Part shown: in pieces, positions 18,581 to 28,843 of the stretch
Position numbering within the stretch: the first letter of the stretch is position 1
Layout of the letters: each line of letters opens with the position of its first letter
From: an uncultured Rhodospirillaceae bacterium
GTDB lineage: Bacteria > Pseudomonadota > Alphaproteobacteria > UBA2966
Direction of reading: 5' to 3'
Assembly: GCA_964343605.1 (NCBI GenBank)
Contig: CAYFKJ010000002.1
Span: 629,176 to 693,175, forward strand
Length of the DNA: 64,000 nucleotides
Notes under the pieces: model-generated
What the model saw: the letters and a program-made list of their open reading frames with translations, nothing else
What the model was told of the DNA's origin: nothing
Database searches by the model: none
Made by a program: the position numbers and the translations under genes

Positions 18581-19831
18581 GTGACGCGCTATTCCATCTT
18601 CAGTTTGTTGCGGAACGCCATCGGTCACCATAAGGATTGGCCGCTGGCTTGGCGCAGTCCGGACCCAAAAGCGGAATACGATGTCGTCATCGTCGGCGGC
18701 GGCGGCCACGGTCTGGCCACCGCCTATTACCTGGCCAAGGAACACGGCATCACGAACGTCGCGGTGCTCGAGAAGGGTTGGCTCGGCGGCGGCAACACGG
18801 GGCGCAACACCACAATCATCCGGTCCAACTACTTGTGGGACGAAAGCGCCCACCTCTACGAACATTCGTTGAAGCTCTACGAGGGCCTGAGCCAGGATCT
18901 CAACTACAACATCATGCTGAGCCAGCGCGGGGTTCTCAATCTGGCGCACAATCAGCACGACCTCCGGGAGCTCTCACGGCGTATCTCGGCCAACCGGTTG
19001 AACGGCATCGATTCGGAATTCCTCAACCCGGTGGACATCAAGCGCATGGTACCCCTGCTGGATGTATCGCCGCGTGCCCGCTATCCGGTCCTTGGCGCTT
19101 CCCTGCAGCGGCGCGGCGGGGTCGCCCGTCACGATGCCGTGGCCTGGGGTTATGCCAGGGCAGCGGATGCGCGCGGCGTCGATGTGATCCAACAGTGCGA
19201 AGTCACGGGTATCCTGCGTGAAGGGGGCGCGGTGACAGGCGTGGAAACCTCGCGCGGCACCATCAAGGCGAAGAAGGTCGCCCTCGCGGTGGCCGGACAC
19301 ACCAGCATGCTGGCTCAAATGGCGGAAGTCCGCCTGCCGATCACCAGTCACCCTTTGCAGGCGATGGTATCGGAACCGGTCAAGCCCGCGCTCGACCAGG
19401 TCGTCATGTCGGCTGCAGTCCACGGCTACATCAGTCAATCGGACCGGGGAGAAATGGTGATGGGGGCAGGCATCGACACGCTCACCGGCTACACCCAGCG
19501 CGGCAGCCTGCCGGTGGTCGAAGAGCTGCAGCGCGCCATCGTCGTGCTGTTCCCCTCATTCAGCCGGCTCCGTCTCATGCGCCAATGGGGCGGTATCGTC
19601 GATACCTGCCCGGACGCCAGTCCCATTATTTCCAAAACCCCGGTCGAGGGACTTTACGTCAACGGCGGCTGGGGCACCGGCGGGTTCAAGGCGACGCCGG
19701 GGTCCGGTTGGGTCTATGCCCACACCATCGCCCGGGACGAAGCCCATGAACTGAACGCGCCGTTCGCCTTGGAGCGCTTCACGACGGGCGCACTGATCGA
19801 CGAACACGGCGCAGCGGCGGTGGCCCACTGA
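18581..19831 (+). CDS. soxB: sarcosine oxidase subunit beta
   Basis: FAD motif [19 protein letters not shown]. The gene is colinear with heterotetrameric SoxB. GTG start. Confidence 0.9.
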   Translation: MTRYSIFSLLRNAIGHHKDWPLAWRSPDPKAEYDVVIVGGGGHGLATAYYLAKEHGITNVAVLEKGWLGGGNTGRNTTIIRSNYLWDESAHLYEHSLKLYEGLSQDLNYNIMLSQRGVLNLAHNQHDLRELSRRISANRLNGIDSEFLNPVDIKRMVPLLDVSPRARYPVLGASLQRRGGVARHDAVAWGYARAADARGVDVIQQCEVTGILREGGAVTGVETSRGTIKAKKVALAVAGHTSMLAQMAEVRLPITSHPLQAMVSEPVKPALDQVVMSAAVHGYISQSDRGEMVMGAGIDTLTGYTQRGSLPVVEELQRAIVVLFPSFSRLRLMRQWGGIVDTCPDASPIISKTPVEGLYVNGGWGTGGFKATPGSGWVYAHTIARDEAHELNAPFALERFTTGALIDEHGAAAVAH

Positions 19832-19832
19832 C

Positions 19833-20117
19833 ATGCTGATCATCGAGTGCCCCTGGTGCGGCCCCCGCGATGAGGCCGAGTTTCAATACGGCGGCGAGGC
19901 CCATATCGTGCGTCCGGAAAAACCGGCGGAACTGACGGACGAGCAATGGGCCGAGTACCTCTTCATGCGCACCAACACCAAGGGCCGCTTCCTTGAACGC
20001 TGGATGCACAGCGCCGGATGCCGGCGTTGGTTCAACAGCGTGCGCAACACCGCCACCAACGAAATCGAGGCCGTCTACCGCATGGGCGAGCAGCCGCCCG
20101 GGGACGATGGCGCATGA
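19833..20117 (+). CDS. soxD: sarcosine oxidase subunit delta
   Basis: 94 aa with MLIIECPWCGPRDEAEF, the typical SoxD zinc-ribbon start. It lies between soxB and soxA, and its stop overlaps the soxA ATG (ATGA). Confidence 0.88.
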   Translation: MLIIECPWCGPRDEAEFQYGGEAHIVRPEKPAELTDEQWAEYLFMRTNTKGRFLERWMHSAGCRRWFNSVRNTATNEIEAVYRMGEQPPGDDGA

Positions 20118-23100
20118 GCATCCAGTCGCACCGCGTCCGCGTGGAGCAGGCGCCCGCCGCCCGCATCGACCGCTCGAAGGCCCTTTGGTTTACCTTCAAC
20201 GGCCGGCGCTATCAGGGCTTTGAGGGAGACACGCTGGCCTCGGCGCTGGTCGCCAACGGTGTCCGGTTGGTGGGGCGAAGCTTTAAATACCATCGTCCGC
20301 GCGGCCTCTTCGCTGCCGGGTCGGAAGAGCCCAACGCCATCGTCCAGGTGGAGAGCGGCGCCCAGACCCTGCCGAACCTGCGCGCAACTCAGGTGGAACT
20401 TTACGACGGGCTGACGGCGGATAGCGTCAATGCCTGGCCCAGCGTCGACTTCGATATCGGCGTCGTCAACGACCTCGCGTCGCGTTTGCTTCCAGCCGGA
20501 TTCTATTACAAGACCTTCATGTGGCCGGCGGGCTGGTGGATGACTTACGAACATGTCATCCGCCGTGCCGCCGGTCTCGGCATCGCGCCCCCGTCGGGGG
20601 ATCCCGACACCTACGACCACATGCACGTCCATTGCGACGTCCTAGTCGTCGGTGGCGGACCGACGGGACTGGCCGCGGCGCTGGCTGCGGGACGGACCGG
20701 CGCCCGCGTAATCATCGCCGACGAACAGTCGGAGCTGGGCGGCGCGCTGTTGAGCAGCCGCGCTCAAGTGGACAATGCACCGGGTCTCGAATGGGTGCAA
20801 TCCACCCTGTCCGAATTAACCGAAATGGCGGAAGTTCGCGTCATGCCGAGAACCACGGCATTCGGCCATTACGATCACAATTACATTGGTTTGCTGGAAC
20901 GCCGGTCGGATCATCTCGGACCGGGACGCGGCGGCGACAACATTACGCGCCAAAGAATCTGGAAGGTCAGGGCGGGTCAGGTGATCCACGCCGGGGGCGC
21001 CATCGAACGGCCCCTAGTGTTCGCCGGCAATGACCGACCCGGCGTGATGCTGGCATCCGGGGCGGCCGCTTACGTCAACAGATGGGCGGCTTCGCCCGGC
21101 CGGCGTGCGGTGATTTTTGCCAATAATGATTCGGCTTATGCCGCCGCCGCCGACCTGGTTGACGCCGGCGTCGCCGTGGAAGCCCTGATCGACGTACGCG
21201 GCGAACCGGGTATGGATGCCCGAACGCAGGTCGAGGCGCGCGATATCGAAATTCTGACCGGGTACGCCGTCGTGGGCACTCGAGGCCGGCGAGCCGTCGA
21301 GGGCGTCGATGTGATGCGTCTCAATGAAGACGGTACGGGTCTCAACGTGGGCGACAGGAAAATCGAATGCGATCTCGTCGCCGTTTCCGGCGGTTGGAGC
21401 CCCGCCGTCCATCTCCATTGCCACGCCGGGGGCAAGGTTGCGTACGATGCCATTCAGGGCTGCTTCGTGCCCGGCGCGACGACCCAGGCGGCGCGGTCAG
21501 CCGGCGCCGCCAACGGTCAGTTCGAGTTGGCCGAGTGCCTGTCCAGCGGTTGGCAGGCAGGTGCGGATGCCGCCGATGCGCAAGGCTTCCGCAAGCCGGG
21601 AAGGGCACCCAAGCCGCCTTCCGCCGAGTTTGTTTCGACGGCGCCGCCACGCCATCTCTGGACGGTTCCGGCCAAGCCGGGGCGGCAAAACGGCGTCAAG
21701 CGCTTCGTCGATCTGCAGCATGACGTGACCGACGCCGATATCCGGCTGGCGGCGCGGGAGGGCTATCAGTCGGTCGAACACCTCAAGCGATACACGACGC
21801 TGGGCATGGGTACCGACCAAGGCAAAACGTCCAACGTGCCGGGCCTCGCGATTCTGGCGGAAGAACTCGAAAAGCCGATTCCGGAGGTTGGCACGACCAC
21901 GTTCCGGCCGCCCTATACCGCCGTCACCATGGGGGCGATCGCCGGCCGTCATGTCGGGCAGATGCTCGATCCCTTGCGCCGTTCGCCCATGCACCACTGG
22001 CACGAGGACCACGGCGCCGCCTTCGAGGACGTGGGGCAGTGGAAACGGCCGTGGTTTTACCCACGTGAGGGCGAGGACATACATGCCGCGGTCGATCGCG
22101 AATGTCTGGCGGCACGCAACGCCATCGGCATTCTCGACGCCACCACGCTTGGCAAGATCGACATCCAGGGTCCCGACGCCGCCGAATTCCTCAACCGGAT
22201 CTATACCAATGCCTGGTCCAAGCTGGAAGTCGGCCGCTGCCGCTACGGTCTGATGCTGGGCGAGGACGGCATGATCATGGACGACGGCGTAACCTCCCGC
22301 ATCGCCGAAAACCGCTATCTGATGACGACGACCAGCGGCAACGCCGCTGCGGTTCTGGGCTGGTTGGAGGAATGGCTGCAGACGGAATGGCCGGATCTCC
22401 GCGTCTACTGCAATTCCATATCGGAATACTGGGCGACTTTGACGATCAGCGGGCCGCTCGCCCGCAATCTGCTGGCGGAGCTTTGTACGGATATCGATCT
22501 TTCCGCGGACGCCTTCCCGTTTATGTCCTGGCGCGAGGGGACAGTGGCGGGAACGCCGGCCCGCATCTTCCGCATCAGCTTCACCGGCGAGGTGAGCTAC
22601 GAGATCAACGTCGGCGCCTCACACGGCCTCGGCCTCTGGCAGACCCTGATGACGGCCGGCGAGAAATACGGCATCACCCCCTACGGCACCGAGAGCATGC
22701 ACGTGCTGCGCGCCGAGAAGGGCTACATCATCGTGGGTCAGGATACCGACGGTACGATGACGCCCGGCGATTGCGGCATGGATTGGATCGTCTCCAAGAA
22801 AAAGCCGGATTTCATTGGCAAACGGAGCCTAAGCCGGCCCGATACCGTGCGCGGGGATCGCAAGCAACTCGTGGGTCTGTACACCGAAGATCCCTTGCAG
22901 GTGCTGCCGGAGGGAGCACAAATCGTCGACGATCCCGACGCCGCCCTGCCCATGCCGATGATCGGGCACGTCACGTCGAGCTACCACAGCGCCAACCTTG
23001 GCCGCTCCATTGCCTTGGCGGTGGTCAAGGGAGGGCTCGGTCGGATGGGTGAGACCGTACATCTGCCGCTGGAGAACGGGCGCACGGCGCGGGCCGAAAT

Positions 23101-23149
23101 AACCGGTACTGTGTTCTACGACCCTGAAGGGGAGAGGCTCCATGGCTGA
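20114..23149 (+). CDS. soxA: sarcosine oxidase subunit alpha
   Basis: About 1010 aa with an N-terminal 2Fe-2S-like/NAD region, an FAD Rossmann (VLVVGGGPTGLAAA) and a C-terminal GcvT-like folate-binding domain. Confidence 0.9.
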   Translation: MSIQSHRVRVEQAPAARIDRSKALWFTFNGRRYQGFEGDTLASALVANGVRLVGRSFKYHRPRGLFAAGSEEPNAIVQVESGAQTLPNLRATQVELYDGLTADSVNAWPSVDFDIGVVNDLASRLLPAGFYYKTFMWPAGWWMTYEHVIRRAAGLGIAPPSGDPDTYDHMHVHCDVLVVGGGPTGLAAALAAGRTGARVIIADEQSELGGALLSSRAQVDNAPGLEWVQSTLSELTEMAEVRVMPRTTAFGHYDHNYIGLLERRSDHLGPGRGGDNITRQRIWKVRAGQVIHAGGAIERPLVFAGNDRPGVMLASGAAAYVNRWAASPGRRAVIFANNDSAYAAAADLVDAGVAVEALIDVRGEPGMDARTQVEARDIEILTGYAVVGTRGRRAVEGVDVMRLNEDGTGLNVGDRKIECDLVAVSGGWSPAVHLHCHAGGKVAYDAIQGCFVPGATTQAARSAGAANGQFELAECLSSGWQAGADAADAQGFRKPGRAPKPPSAEFVSTAPPRHLWTVPAKPGRQNGVKRFVDLQHDVTDADIRLAAREGYQSVEHLKRYTTLGMGTDQGKTSNVPGLAILAEELEKPIPEVGTTTFRPPYTAVTMGAIAGRHVGQMLDPLRRSPMHHWHEDHGAAFEDVGQWKRPWFYPREGEDIHAAVDRECLAARNAIGILDATTLGKIDIQGPDAAEFLNRIYTNAWSKLEVGRCRYGLMLGEDGMIMDDGVTSRIAENRYLMTTTSGNAAAVLGWLEEWLQTEWPDLRVYCNSISEYWATLTISGPLARNLLAELCTDIDLSADAFPFMSWREGTVAGTPARIFRISFTGEVSYEINVGASHGLGLWQTLMTAGEKYGITPYGTESMHVLRAEKGYIIVGQDTDGTMTPGDCGMDWIVSKKKPDFIGKRSLSRPDTVRGDRKQLVGLYTEDPLQVLPEGAQIVDDPDAALPMPMIGHVTSSYHSANLGRSIALAVVKGGLGRMGETVHLPLENGRTARAEITGTVFYDPEGERLHG

Positions 23150-23747
23150 TCCCTTGAGGCAAAGCGCCCTGGCGCATCTCCATCTCATCGCCCGGGCGGA
23201 AGCTTCGCCGGCCGATGCCGGGGTGGTTCTGGGTGAGCGAGGATTCCGCAGTCAATGGACATTGCGCGGGCATTTCGAAGATGAAGTGTTTACTGCCGCG
23301 GTCTTAAGCGAAACCGGCAGCGCGCCGCCGCTCAAGCCCAATACGGTTCATGCCAGCGGCGGCATCGAGGTGCTGTGGCTCGGTCCCGACGAATGGCTGG
23401 TCGTGGGGCCGGACGGCTCCGAGGTCGGTAAAAGGCTGGGCGAAGCCCTTAAGGACACGCATGCCGCGGCAACCGAAGTTAGCGAAAGCCGAACGTTGAT
23501 AGCGTTGTCCGGTCCCCATGCGCGCGATGTCTTGGCGAAGGGCTGTGCCCTTGATCTGCATCCCAGCAAATTTGCCGCCGGTCAGTGCGCCCAGTCGACG
23601 CTCGGCCATATCCACATTATTCTGCATCAGCGAACGAACGAGCCTGAGTTCGACATATTTGTCCATCGCAGCTTCGCCGAATCCCTGTGGCAGTGGCTGG
23701 AAGACGCCGCCGCCGAATACGGCGTGGCGATTTCAAACCCCTCATAA
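23142..23747 (+). CDS. soxG: sarcosine oxidase subunit gamma
   Basis: 201 aa directly after soxA with an 8-nt overlap, carrying the SoxG family signature. Confidence 0.85.
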   Translation: MADPLRQSALAHLHLIARAEASPADAGVVLGERGFRSQWTLRGHFEDEVFTAAVLSETGSAPPLKPNTVHASGGIEVLWLGPDEWLVVGPDGSEVGKRLGEALKDTHAAATEVSESRTLIALSGPHARDVLAKGCALDLHPSKFAAGQCAQSTLGHIHIILHQRTNEPEFDIFVHRSFAESLWQWLEDAAAEYGVAISNPS

Positions 23748-23762
23748 CAAGCGGATGAGTCC

Positions 23763-24980
23763 ATGAGCAGTATCGACGACATGCCCCGTCTGATCCGCAT
23801 CGACAACGGCGAACGCCTGCCAGCGACATTCAGCCAGGCGGAGATGGACCGCCGTCTGGCGGGCGTCCGCGGACATATGGCCGAGGCGGAACTCGATGCG
23901 GTTCTCTTCACGTCGTACCACAACGTCAACTACCACGCCGATTTCCTCTATTGCGCCTTCGGACGTCCGTTCGGCGTGGTCGTGACGGCCGATGACAGCA
24001 CGTTGATTTCGGCCAACATCGACGGCGGGCAGCCGGGACGGCGCAGTCCCGGAAATTTGGTCTACACCGATTGGCAGAGGGATAACTTCATTGCGGCCGT
24101 GCAGCAGTTGGCGGGCGGGGCGATGCGGCTGGGCATCGAGTACGACCACGTCACGTTGGATGTCCGGGCCAAGCTGGAAGCGGCGCTGCCGGGTGTCGAA
24201 CTGATCGATGCGGCCCTGGCGGCAATGAAACGGCGCATGGTCAAATCGCCCGAGGAAATCGTCCTCATCAAGAACGGCGCACGGACGGCCGATATCGGCG
24301 GTGCCGCCTGCGTCGAAGCGATTTCGGAGGACGTACCCGAATACGAGGTCGCCAACCACGCCACCGCAGCCATGATCCGGGAGATCGCCAAGACTTATCC
24401 AGACAGCGAACTGCGCGATACCTGGACCTGGTTCCAGTCCGGCATCAACACCGACGGCGCGCACAATCCGGTAACCTCGCGCAGGCTGCAATCGGGAGAT
24501 ATCCTCAGCCTGAATTGCTTCCCCATGATCGCCGGTTACTACACGGCATTAGAGCGCACGCTGTTTTTGGACCACGCCTCGGAACGCCACCTGGAGCTGT
24601 GGCAGATTAACTGCGAGGTCCACCGCCGCGGCCTCGAACTGATCAGGCCCGGTGCACGCTGCTGCGATATCGCTCTGGAACTCAACGAAATCTACCGCGC
24701 CCATGGTCTCCTGGACCGCCGCACGTTCGGCTACGGCCATTCCTTCGGCGTGTTGTCGCATTACTACGGGCGCGAGGCGGGTCTCGAGCTGAGGGAGGAT
24801 ATCGAAACCGTGCTGGAGCCGGGCATAGTCGTCTCGATGGAACCGATGATCATGATCCCCGAAGGCCAGCCCGGCGCCGGCGGCTACCGGGAGCACGATA
24901 TTCTCGTGCTGACCGAGGACGGCGCCGAGAACATCACCAAATTTCCCTTCGGGCCGGAACACAACATCGTTTCAGGCTGA
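23763..24980 (+). CDS. creatinase (creatine amidinohydrolase, M24 family)
   Basis: By my recollection it is near-colinear with Pseudomonas putida creatinase (SANIDGGQP...VYTDWQRDN...TWTWFQSGINTDGAHNPVT...LSLNCFPMIAGYYTALERTLFLDH...FGYGHSFG...GGYREHDIL...ENITKFP). Confirm by BLASTP. Confidence 0.88.
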   Translation: MSSIDDMPRLIRIDNGERLPATFSQAEMDRRLAGVRGHMAEAELDAVLFTSYHNVNYHADFLYCAFGRPFGVVVTADDSTLISANIDGGQPGRRSPGNLVYTDWQRDNFIAAVQQLAGGAMRLGIEYDHVTLDVRAKLEAALPGVELIDAALAAMKRRMVKSPEEIVLIKNGARTADIGGAACVEAISEDVPEYEVANHATAAMIREIAKTYPDSELRDTWTWFQSGINTDGAHNPVTSRRLQSGDILSLNCFPMIAGYYTALERTLFLDHASERHLELWQINCEVHRRGLELIRPGARCCDIALELNEIYRAHGLLDRRTFGYGHSFGVLSHYYGREAGLELREDIETVLEPGIVVSMEPMIMIPEGQPGAGGYREHDILVLTEDGAENITKFPFGPEHNIVSG

Positions 24981-25032
24981 TAGGCTATCATTGCGACAAA
25001 TGGCCTAATCCCTGTCTTGAGGAACATTCGGC

Positions 25033-26202
25033 GTGAGCGACCGCAATATTGCCAGCGTCAGTTGGGGCGATCATGTCGTCTTCGGCGACGGCGATGGCAA
25101 TTTGCGTACCGCCGATTCGCTGAAACGCCGCCTGGATGTCTGGCGGGATGAACTCGGATGCGGCGTCCTCCACTGGCGGGTGGAGAATTTGGGCATACCA
25201 GTAAAATTTCACACCCCCGATGGAAGTCGCCATCCCTATCTGGAGCGCTTCGGCAGCGTCGCAATCGATGAATTCATGGACGTGCCAGACGCCGCTCGGG
25301 ATGCGGGGTTACAATCATATCTCTACGTCACGCTGTTCGACGAAGGTTGGCCTTTACCGCCGGCGGAAGAACGCGCAGTGAGTTATCACAATGACATGCA
25401 CTGCCAGCATGTCAGCATTCAAACACAGTTTTGCGCGGATCATCCCGAGTTCATGATGACCGACAGGGAGGGGAACGAACGGCAATGGGGCGTGGTTTGT
25501 TTGGCCTACGAGGAAGTGCGCCAGGAATTTACAAACCGCTTTTGCCGTCTTATCACCGATACCGGGTATGACGGGCTATTCGTTTGTCTCCGGTCCCAAT
25601 CCCGGCCTCCCGAATTTGCCGATCAGTTCGGCTACAACGAACCTGTCCGCCAGGACTACGCCGAAATAAAGAAACGCGATATCGACGAGGGAAATTTCGA
25701 CGAACACTGCTGGCGGCAGTTGCTCGGGAGCTATCTAACATCGTTCCTGGAAGAGTTGCGTGCCGAACTCAAAAAACTGGAAAAGAAGCTTGCGGTGGGC
25801 GGTCCGCGAGGCGACACGCTTGGCCCGCCCCTTGGAAACGGAGAGTTGCAGTGGCGCGACTGGGCAAAGCGCCACCTCGTCGATCAGCTTGTCATCGAGC
25901 AGAGCTCATCGCGTTGCCCGTCGATTGGTCATAACCTCTGGCCGATGCACAGAGGCGGCGGATATGTTCAGAACTACATCGACGGCAGCGGCATGCCGCC
26001 GCTTCTGGAACATCTTGCCGATGACTACAGCCCGGTTTTCGAAAACAGCTCCGCCGCGCTTTATGTCGCTCGCCAATGGGCGGAACGCGACGAGGATTTT
26101 GAGACGGCACTTACCAGCGTGCCTGGTTTGGAGGGCCTGGTTTTCAGCACCTTCCGTCACGACAATCCCGAGGCGCTTGCCAGAGGGGATTGGCGGTATT
26201 AA
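25033..26202 (+). CDS. hypothetical protein, possible glycoside-hydrolase-like (GHL/COG1649-like) TIM-barrel; atypical low GC
   Basis: 389 aa with a GTG start and no signal peptide. The motif VVCLAYEEVRQEFTNRFCRLITDTGYDGLFVCLRS is reminiscent of YngK/GHL10-type proteins, but this is uncertain. GC content is noticeably lower than in the flanking genes. Confidence 0.45.
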   Translation: MSDRNIASVSWGDHVVFGDGDGNLRTADSLKRRLDVWRDELGCGVLHWRVENLGIPVKFHTPDGSRHPYLERFGSVAIDEFMDVPDAARDAGLQSYLYVTLFDEGWPLPPAEERAVSYHNDMHCQHVSIQTQFCADHPEFMMTDREGNERQWGVVCLAYEEVRQEFTNRFCRLITDTGYDGLFVCLRSQSRPPEFADQFGYNEPVRQDYAEIKKRDIDEGNFDEHCWRQLLGSYLTSFLEELRAELKKLEKKLAVGGPRGDTLGPPLGNGELQWRDWAKRHLVDQLVIEQSSSRCPSIGHNLWPMHRGGGYVQNYIDGSGMPPLLEHLADDYSPVFENSSAALYVARQWAERDEDFETALTSVPGLEGLVFSTFRHDNPEALARGDWRY

Positions 26203-26277
26203 GCAGAAAATGGTCGAGCCCCGCCTCATCGGCTCGATTTCCCATCGCAGGTATTCGAATGACCAAGATTGGAATCA

Positions 26278-26832
26278 TTAGGATCGCCGATAGGTGTAGA
26301 CGCCGTTTTTCCTGCCCAAATGCGAAAATAATTCTGACCGAGAGATGGACGTCGGAACCCAGCCGGCGACCGGAAACATCCATACCGCCATCATTCCATC
26401 CTCTTTCAGCACCCTGTGCATTTCTGGAAGCAATTTATCCAATGGCAGAGTTGGAAATGGCAATACGCCGAACAGAAGACACAAGTCGACGCTCGCGTTC
26501 TCCAAGCCGGTGTTGAGCGCATCGCGGCGCACCACTTCGACATTGTCCAACCCGGCTCGGCGGACTTTGTTCGTCACCTTCTCGACATAGTGGGAGACCG
26601 GGTCCATGGCGATGAGGCGGCCGGTGTTGCCGATCATTTCTGCCGCCGGCAGGGTGAAGAAACCCGTGCCGCAACCAACCTCCAGAACGGTTTGTCCGGG
26701 TTTCAGGTCGGCCCCTTGCAACGTTTTCCGGGGATCCATCAACCGCTCCCGCAACCGGCTTTCCATGGATACGCCGCCGGGCCAGGAGAGAACGTTCATA
26801 AACCAGGATTTGCCGAGATCTTCGGTATTCAT
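26278..26832 (-). CDS. class I SAM-dependent methyltransferase
   Basis: Motif I VLEVGCGTGFF, post-I acidic residue (IAMD), motif II/III region. Confidence 0.7.
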   Translation of the reverse strand: MNTEDLGKSWFMNVLSWPGGVSMESRLRERLMDPRKTLQGADLKPGQTVLEVGCGTGFFTLPAAEMIGNTGRLIAMDPVSHYVEKVTNKVRRAGLDNVEVVRRDALNTGLENASVDLCLLFGVLPFPTLPLDKLLPEMHRVLKEDGMMAVWMFPVAGWVPTSISRSELFSHLGRKNGVYTYRRS

Positions 26833-26884
26833 GATCGATATCCGATCCGGGATTGCTGATCAGGCATGAAGGAAGATTGGCAGC

Positions 26885-27493
26885 TCACTGTGAGGTCAGG
26901 TAAGCCCGAATGAGCTTCTTGGCCTTCGCCAGGTCTTTTTTCGAGAGCTTTTTGGCGATCCGTTTCCTGGCTTTGAGGGCGTTTTCCTTAAGTTTGCCGT
27001 GGGAATTGGTGATGCACAGCGACAACCACTTGAGGGCCTCAATGGCGTTGTCCTTGCCGCCCTTCGCCTTTTCCAAACGAAGCGCAACGACGTACTGCGC
27101 ACGGGCGTAACCGTTTTGCGCCGCGTTCATATAGAGCTCAAACCCGGTCGCCGGGTTCTTCTCGACGCCCTGTCCCTTCATGTACATCAGCCCGAGGCTG
27201 AACTGGGCCTTACCGTAATCTTGTTCCGCCGCCCTTTCGTACCATGCAGCGGCTTTGGCAAAGTTCTTCTTGACGCCATAGCCGCGACGATAGAGTAAGC
27301 CCAGATTGGCCTGAGCTCTCGGGTCGCCGGATTTTGCGAGAGGCAGCCATTCGGCATAGGCTTTTTTGTAATCCTTGACCTTGAAAGCAGCGACGCCTTC
27401 GGGAAAGCCCGCCTGGACTGCGGTCGGTGCGGCGGTTAAGACGACAAGGCCAATGATCAGCAGGCACAAAATCAGTGCGCGCATCGTGGTCAC
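26885..27493 (-). CDS. secreted Sel1-repeat (TPR-like) protein
   Basis: Signal peptide followed by 4-5 Sel1 repeats (AQANLGLLYRRGYGVKKNFAKAAAWYERAAEQ...). Confidence 0.75.
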   Translation of the reverse strand: MTTMRALILCLLIIGLVVLTAAPTAVQAGFPEGVAAFKVKDYKKAYAEWLPLAKSGDPRAQANLGLLYRRGYGVKKNFAKAAAWYERAAEQDYGKAQFSLGLMYMKGQGVEKNPATGFELYMNAAQNGYARAQYVVALRLEKAKGGKDNAIEALKWLSLCITNSHGKLKENALKARKRIAKKLSKKDLAKAKKLIRAYLTSQ

Positions 27494-27562
27494 CTTGTTC
27501 CTTTCCCTGGCAAGAATACTACTCCGCCCACGATTGAGAAAATAGGTTGAACACCTGAGTGC

Positions 27563-28714
27563 TTAGCGCGACAGCACCCGGATGCGACTTTCCATGTCCG
27601 AGCGATCGATATAGAAGCCCTTGAGATGGCGGTGACCGGTTTGCGGGTGAAATTCCGCCCGGCCATGAAGAACACGGCGGTTGTCGAATACCACCATTTC
27701 CCCGGCCGTAAGTTCCACCTCGACGAGATAGGTCGGATCCCGTACCAATGCCATAAACCGCCGATAGGCGTTGTAGTAAGCCGGAATTTGATCGGCCGGC
27801 ATGTCAAACGTATCGGCGAGATGGGCGTTGAACGCAATCATGCTGATCTCGCCGTCTCCATTTACCGTGATGACGGGCCGGTGGACACGGATGTCTGCCG
27901 AACTGTCGTGAAAACGGTAGGGAAGGGCTATGTTGGCCAGCAACTCGAAACATTCGGGTTCCTCGGCCCGAAGATCCTCCGCAATCCGCAATCCGTCACA
28001 AAAGAGTGATCCCCCGCCCTCGGCGCTGTTGCTTATGCAATGCAGGAACTGGTAGCCCGGCGGAATCTCCTGGTTCGGTAGATCCGTGTGCAGCGGCAGG
28101 CTATCGGCTGTGTATGCCGAATTGTTGGGGTCCGGTTTGCTGACGACATCGAAGGTCGTGTCGAAGTTGGAGTTGCGCATCGGCCCGATCCGATTTCCGA
28201 GTTCGAGTCCGGCATCCTCGCGCGCGTCCAGACCCTCGACGATGGCGAGCCCGTGCGATGAAGCGGTCCGCAGGCAGGTCAACAGACCTTCGTCACCGGA
28301 CAGCAGGTCCATCGCCGCGAAGCGTGGAATGGGCATACCTGAAACGGCATCCCATGAGACCCAGTCCACTCGGCCCGGGTCGTCCCTGTGTCGACCCGGC
28401 GCGTGTGAATAGAGCCAGGCCGCCGAAAAACGGCTTTTGTCCCCGACGTCGGGCCATGACAGCAATATTTCGTCTTCACCGGGCGTGTGTTCGATGGCGC
28501 TCGGTGAGATGTCGGCGGCAACGCTTAGGAGGTCGAAAGTCCGTTCGCGCGTATCCGGATGGAAGCCGGAGGGATCGTTGTCGCGGAGCCAGAGGAAAGG
28601 AAAAGCGCTTTCTACTCCGTCCGCCCACAGGATGACGAGGGCGTCGTCGCCCCGTCTGATACCGTTGATCTGCATGAGAGAAACTCCATCATGGTAAGTT
28701 GTTCGGAAAAACAA
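27563..28714 (-). CDS. gamma-butyrobetaine hydroxylase-like Fe(II)/2-oxoglutarate dioxygenase (TauD/TfdA fold with DUF971 N-domain)
   Basis: I recall it as colinear with eukaryotic BBOX1/TMLH (LMQI..., LHTD facial triad, GGxSxxxDG, FDNRRxLHGR). Confidence 0.75.
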   Translation of the reverse strand: MFFRTTYHDGVSLMQINGIRRGDDALVILWADGVESAFPFLWLRDNDPSGFHPDTRERTFDLLSVAADISPSAIEHTPGEDEILLSWPDVGDKSRFSAAWLYSHAPGRHRDDPGRVDWVSWDAVSGMPIPRFAAMDLLSGDEGLLTCLRTASSHGLAIVEGLDAREDAGLELGNRIGPMRNSNFDTTFDVVSKPDPNNSAYTADSLPLHTDLPNQEIPPGYQFLHCISNSAEGGGSLFCDGLRIAEDLRAEEPECFELLANIALPYRFHDSSADIRVHRPVITVNGDGEISMIAFNAHLADTFDMPADQIPAYYNAYRRFMALVRDPTYLVEVELTAGEMVVFDNRRVLHGRAEFHPQTGHRHLKGFYIDRSDMESRIRVLSR

Positions 28715-28843
28715 TTACGCATGACATCTGCCGGCGGCGGCCACCACCAGCCAATCTTGGCTGTACGAACTCTCTTGCACGGAGCCATGGACGTCTCGCA
28801 GATAGGTTCCTGCGGCGATGTTAACCAGCAGCGGGACGATTTG

